From Aquificaceae bacterium (GTDB lineage Bacteria > Aquificota > Aquificia > Aquificales > Aquificaceae), in contig JAXSNR010000002.1 in the NCBI GenBank assembly GCA_037925075.1, positions 192,001-256,000 of the forward strand: 64,000 nt of DNA, in the 5' to 3' direction. The translations under genes were made by a program, and so were the position numbers. The notes under the pieces were generated by a model. The model did not search any database, was not told where the DNA came from, and saw nothing but the letters and a program-made list of their open reading frames with translations. Position 1 is the first letter of the stretch; each line of letters opens with the position of its first letter. Positions 60,571-64,000 of this stretch are shown here, one piece after another.

Positions 60571-61254
60571 GTGCAAGCAATTCCCAAGTGGCTTAGAGAG
60601 CTCGTAGTAGTAATAATAGTGGTTCTTTTTATAAGGGCTTTTCTTGTTCAAGCTTACAACATACCTTCAGGGTCTATGAAGCCCACGCTTCTTGTAGGTG
60701 ATTTTATACTGGTCAACAAGCTGGTTTATAGAATTTCTGAACCCCAGAGAGGTGATATAGTAGTCTTCAAGTGGCCTATAAACCCACAGATAGACTTTAT
60801 AAAGAGGATAGTGGGCATGCCCGGAGATACACTTGAAGTTAGGGGCGAGAAGGTCCTTATAAACGGTCAGGAGCTACCCCTTAGGCTTGTGGGAGAGGTT
60901 GTAGAAGATGGGAACCCAAAGCTTATATACGAAGAGAGCCTTCCCAACGGGATAAAGCATAAAATAGCCCTTTATCAAAACCCTTTTATCCAGCGGAAGG
61001 ATGTTTATTATGCCAAGATACCCGAAGGACATTACTTTGTGATGGGAGACAACAGGGACAACAGCGAAGACAGTAGGTACTGGGGACTTTTGCCAAGAGA
61101 GGACATCGTAGGAAAGGCCTTTGTAGTTTACTTTTCCGGAGATATACCTCCCCTTGAAAGTACCGATGTGAGCATCCTTACTGGCTTTAAACAGCTCTTT
61201 CTTGCACTGTTAAACCCAAGGTTTGAAAGGATCGGCAAGCCCCTCATATGGTAA
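60571..61254 (+). CDS. lepB: Signal peptidase I
   Basis: IPSGSMKPTL, IKRIVG.PGD, GDNRDNS.DSR. Confidence 0.96.
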   Translation: MQAIPKWLRELVVVIIVVLFIRAFLVQAYNIPSGSMKPTLLVGDFILVNKLVYRISEPQRGDIVVFKWPINPQIDFIKRIVGMPGDTLEVRGEKVLINGQELPLRLVGEVVEDGNPKLIYEESLPNGIKHKIALYQNPFIQRKDVYYAKIPEGHYFVMGDNRDNSEDSRYWGLLPREDIVGKAFVVYFSGDIPPLESTDVSILTGFKQLFLALLNPRFERIGKPLIW

Positions 61255-62947
61255 TGGGAAGTCCCGCCATATAAAAGTGCTTTATGGCCTGCTTTATAAG
61301 TGCGGGCTTTACGCCTTTTGCGTACATAAGGCTCAAAAGGAGAGAGGGTATGCCTTCTGGGTCTACAAAAGGCTCCACTATTTTACCATCTTCCATGTAA
61401 GCAAAGTTATTCAGCTCTTCAAAGAGGCTTTGGGTCTCCTGTGCTTCTAGTTTGTCCTTCAAGTGGGACAGAAGGCTGTTGCATGTTTGCAAAATCACCT
61501 CCTTGTCTCTAACCTCATGAACCGCAAAAAGACCGCCCTCCAGTGTATCAAAGATTCTTCTTATGTCTTGGTTAGAATACACGGGATTCCCCATCATAGG
61601 AAGTATGGCCCTTATTTCATCTCTATTGAGCTGTTTTAGAGCCTTGTTAAGAACATCATGCGATGGGGTTATGAGGTTTGTGTATATAAGCGTATCTTCC
61701 ACATCTCCCCCCTCTATTGGATTAAGCTCTTCGTAAGTGCAAAGGGAGCTCAGGAACCTTCCTGTAAACAAAAAACCATTTCTTTCTTCCAACACTGCAA
61801 AACTGTCCCTCTCGGGAAGAAAGGGCAGATATAAGAACCTCAGAACATCCCCGGTTGCCAACATGAGCCTTTTGTTTGGAAAGGTTTCAAAGGCCCTTAT
61901 TCTTGCCTGTGGAATGCCAATAGCTTTCAATCGCTGAGCTATGCCCAGAGAGGTTATCACAAAGGCTCTTTGGTTTGACTGCAGAAAGTTTGCAATACCA
62001 AAACATTCATCTACACCAGAACCAAAAACAACCACCGCCTTTATTGCATCTACAGTGCCAACAGCCTGTTCTAGTTTTGACCTTATAAGAACATAATCAT
62101 GAACAGTGCCTATGTTTACAAGCATAGGAACCCTTATATTTTCCCTTTCGTATATACGCAGGTATGAGTTTTTCTGAAACAGCCCATCCTCCTGAGGTGC
62201 CCCTACCCAGAAAAGCCCATGAGATATTTCTATAGGTTGACTCATATCAAGGGTAGGCCTTGGAGCTACTTGTTCTTCTACTTTAACAGGTTGTACAGTC
62301 TTTTGTTGTGGAGCATGACCATACACAAGGCTGGAGAAAAAGTCCCAGTTGTCTTCGTAAACATGGTTTATCACAACCTTTTCTTCTTCGTAGATGTCAA
62401 ACCTTGTTTTCACATCCTTGGAGATAAGGGTAAGCAACTCCTCTTTGCCACAACTACTACCCTTTATAGTACCCTTGCGTATGTATAAAGTACAGGATTT
62501 TTCTTCATCCTCTATAACAAGGGATGAGGTGGCACCCTTACGTAAGAGCTTAAGCAACAGATTCAGGGGACCTAAGGTAGACAAAGAGTCTAAATCCTGA
62601 GTGTCTTTACTTAGTCTAACTATTTTAGTTAAAAGCTCCATGGGGTTAAAGGGTAAAACCACATGGTTAATTTCCCTAAGTCCATATTTTGTGAAAAGCT
62701 CTGTTTCTTCATAACTATCTACAAATAGAATGGGCATCATATATTTTTCAATCTCTAGTAGCTTAAACCAGAATCCTATGTCTTCCGCGGGTAGAAGTAT
62801 TATTTCAGGTTCTGATACTTTTAAAAACTCAAGGGCTTTGTCCTCATCGAAGGCTATGAGAAGCTTGTGTCCAGTTATATTGAATACATCCGCAAGGAGG
62901 GAAAAGTATTGTTTCTTTCTGTCCAAAAGCATACAAAAGGCGCCCAT
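61244..62947 (-). CDS. Multidomain signalling-type protein: degenerate receiver, DUF4388-like and ODP/metallo-beta-lactamase-like domains
   Basis: REC-like start ending LPFNPMEL; EISHGLFWVG..NSYL; LFTGRFLSS. Confidence 0.5.
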   Translation of the reverse strand: MGAFCMLLDRKKQYFSLLADVFNITGHKLLIAFDEDKALEFLKVSEPEIILLPAEDIGFWFKLLEIEKYMMPILFVDSYEETELFTKYGLREINHVVLPFNPMELLTKIVRLSKDTQDLDSLSTLGPLNLLLKLLRKGATSSLVIEDEEKSCTLYIRKGTIKGSSCGKEELLTLISKDVKTRFDIYEEEKVVINHVYEDNWDFFSSLVYGHAPQQKTVQPVKVEEQVAPRPTLDMSQPIEISHGLFWVGAPQEDGLFQKNSYLRIYERENIRVPMLVNIGTVHDYVLIRSKLEQAVGTVDAIKAVVVFGSGVDECFGIANFLQSNQRAFVITSLGIAQRLKAIGIPQARIRAFETFPNKRLMLATGDVLRFLYLPFLPERDSFAVLEERNGFLFTGRFLSSLCTYEELNPIEGGDVEDTLIYTNLITPSHDVLNKALKQLNRDEIRAILPMMGNPVYSNQDIRRIFDTLEGGLFAVHEVRDKEVILQTCNSLLSHLKDKLEAQETQSLFEELNNFAYMEDGKIVEPFVDPEGIPSLLLSLMYAKGVKPALIKQAIKHFYMAGLPITI

Positions 62948-63195
62948 CAGTAAACCTCCCTCTTCTGAGCTGCTATTTTAAGAAGCATTAACTGTTCTTT
63001 GAGTATGTTCACCGATTGCACCAGCATGAAAAAGGCATGCTCCACCTTCAGAAGCGCGGACTGAAAGGATAGGTCATCCTCGAGGAGTCTGAGCTCTCTA
63101 AACCTTCTGTAAAGTTCATCCACTTCTGTGCCAAAGTTCAGAAGAGTTTTGAGTGTCTCTTCTGAAAGTTCTATAGAAGGTCTTTTTGTATCCAT
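62947..63195 (-). CDS. Hypothetical helical protein (82 aa)
   Basis: SD GAGGAGG upstream; overlaps both neighbours in operon fashion. Confidence 0.6.
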   Translation of the reverse strand: MDTKRPSIELSEETLKTLLNFGTEVDELYRRFRELRLLEDDLSFQSALLKVEHAFFMLVQSVNILKEQLMLLKIAAQKREVY

Positions 63196-63572
63196 ATGCT
63201 ACCTACCTCCTCTCCTTCTGCTCTTGGCATATTATATCTACTAAAAAGTATAGATTCAACTATCTTAAGTTCGTGGTCTTGCAGGTTCTCTATCCATAGC
63301 TTTGCATTACCTTCTTCAACGCTATCCTTTAAGATTACATCCCCCTCCCCATGCATGTAAACATCTCCGCCACCTGTCATAAACCCAACCGCCACTGAGA
63401 GGGTAAGAAAGTTTAGGCTTATCACCCTCATCTTCGGTTTTTCGGTTTCCTTGTTTATCTTAAGGTAGGTGCAAAGGGCAAGTCCTAACCTCACGAGGTT
63501 TTCTGGTGTAAAGGGATACAGTCCAACCCTTCCCTGTATGTGGTTTTTTTCAAACAACCTCCTTGATTGCAT
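63171..63572 (-). CDS. Small protein resembling domain I of phosphohexomutases (GlmM/PMM), degenerate
   Basis: LFEKNHIQGRVGLYPFTPE..RLG resembles FGTDGIRG..P.TPE; no SHNP. Confidence 0.5.
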   Translation of the reverse strand: MQSRRLFEKNHIQGRVGLYPFTPENLVRLGLALCTYLKINKETEKPKMRVISLNFLTLSVAVGFMTGGGDVYMHGEGDVILKDSVEEGNAKLWIENLQDHELKIVESILFSRYNMPRAEGEEVGSIWIQKDLL

Positions 63573-64000
63573 TCTCTACAGCCTCCTCTAAATTTTCCAA
63601 AGCTTTAAGATGTTTGCCTGAAAGTAGAAAGAACTCTTCATTGCCCTTTGTACCTTTTGGCTTTGACTTTATCACTCCAGCCACATTAAAACCTGCAGAG
63701 ATTAAAAACTCTGCTACCCTTAATACAGCCCTTTTTTTGTCTTCTTCCCTTCTGACTATGCCCTTCTTTACCTTTTCGGGACCTACTTCAAACTGTGGCT
63801 TCACCAACACGAGCAAAAGCCCTTCCTCCTTGAGAAATTTTAACACGTGGGGGAGTATTTTGGTAACGGATATAAAGGACACATCCACAGTTATTAGGTC
63901 TACGGGCTCTGGTATGTGCTTGTCTGTAAGCTCTCTGGCGTCGGTTTTCTCATAAAGCACCACTCTTGGGTCTGACCTGAGCTTTGGGTCCATCTGACCT
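63550..64000 (-). CDS. tlyA: TlyA-family RNA methyltransferase (5' end outside window)
   Basis: DVSFIS, LVKPQFE, GTKGNEEF. Confidence 0.92.
   Translation of the reverse strand, partial: GQMDPKLRSDPRVVLYEKTDARELTDKHIPEPVDLITVDVSFISVTKILPHVLKFLKEEGLLLVLVKPQFEVGPEKVKKGIVRREEDKKRAVLRVAEFLISAGFNVAGVIKSKPKGTKGNEEFFLLSGKHLKALENLEEAVENAIKEVV

Overview
64-kb, very gene-dense window from an Aquificaceae bacterium (Hydrogenobacter/Thermocrinis-like). The taxon is inferred from the EF-Tu insert, the long uS19, the Aquifex-type SQR/bc1 and the overall gene content. In order it holds: the 3' end of rpoC; the str and S10 ribosomal protein operons ending at rpsQ; housekeeping genes (lptD, rpe, hom, alr, tmk, leuB, ffh, uvrB); a ~15-kb flagellin glycosylation island (maf, pseI/B/C/G/H plus many tailoring enzymes) divergent from a sigma28-driven fliC-flaG-fliD-fliS-fliT cluster; ispB, trxB, ahpC, a heme-c diguanylate cyclase, mutS2, sqr divergent from petABC; and miscellaneous genes ending in a partial tlyA. 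Most notable: (1) a G8 tract that fuses a sugar formyltransferase to PseH while hiding the formyltransferase's native C-terminus in another frame, a candidate three-state phase-variable switch; (2) a deleted and frameshifted hisH/hisF-like remnant in the same island; (3) many apparently leaderless genes, including ~20-bp bidirectional promoters with overlapping -10 hexamers. No rRNA, tRNA, CRISPR array or IS element was seen. All calls come from motif recognition by eye, with no database searches.
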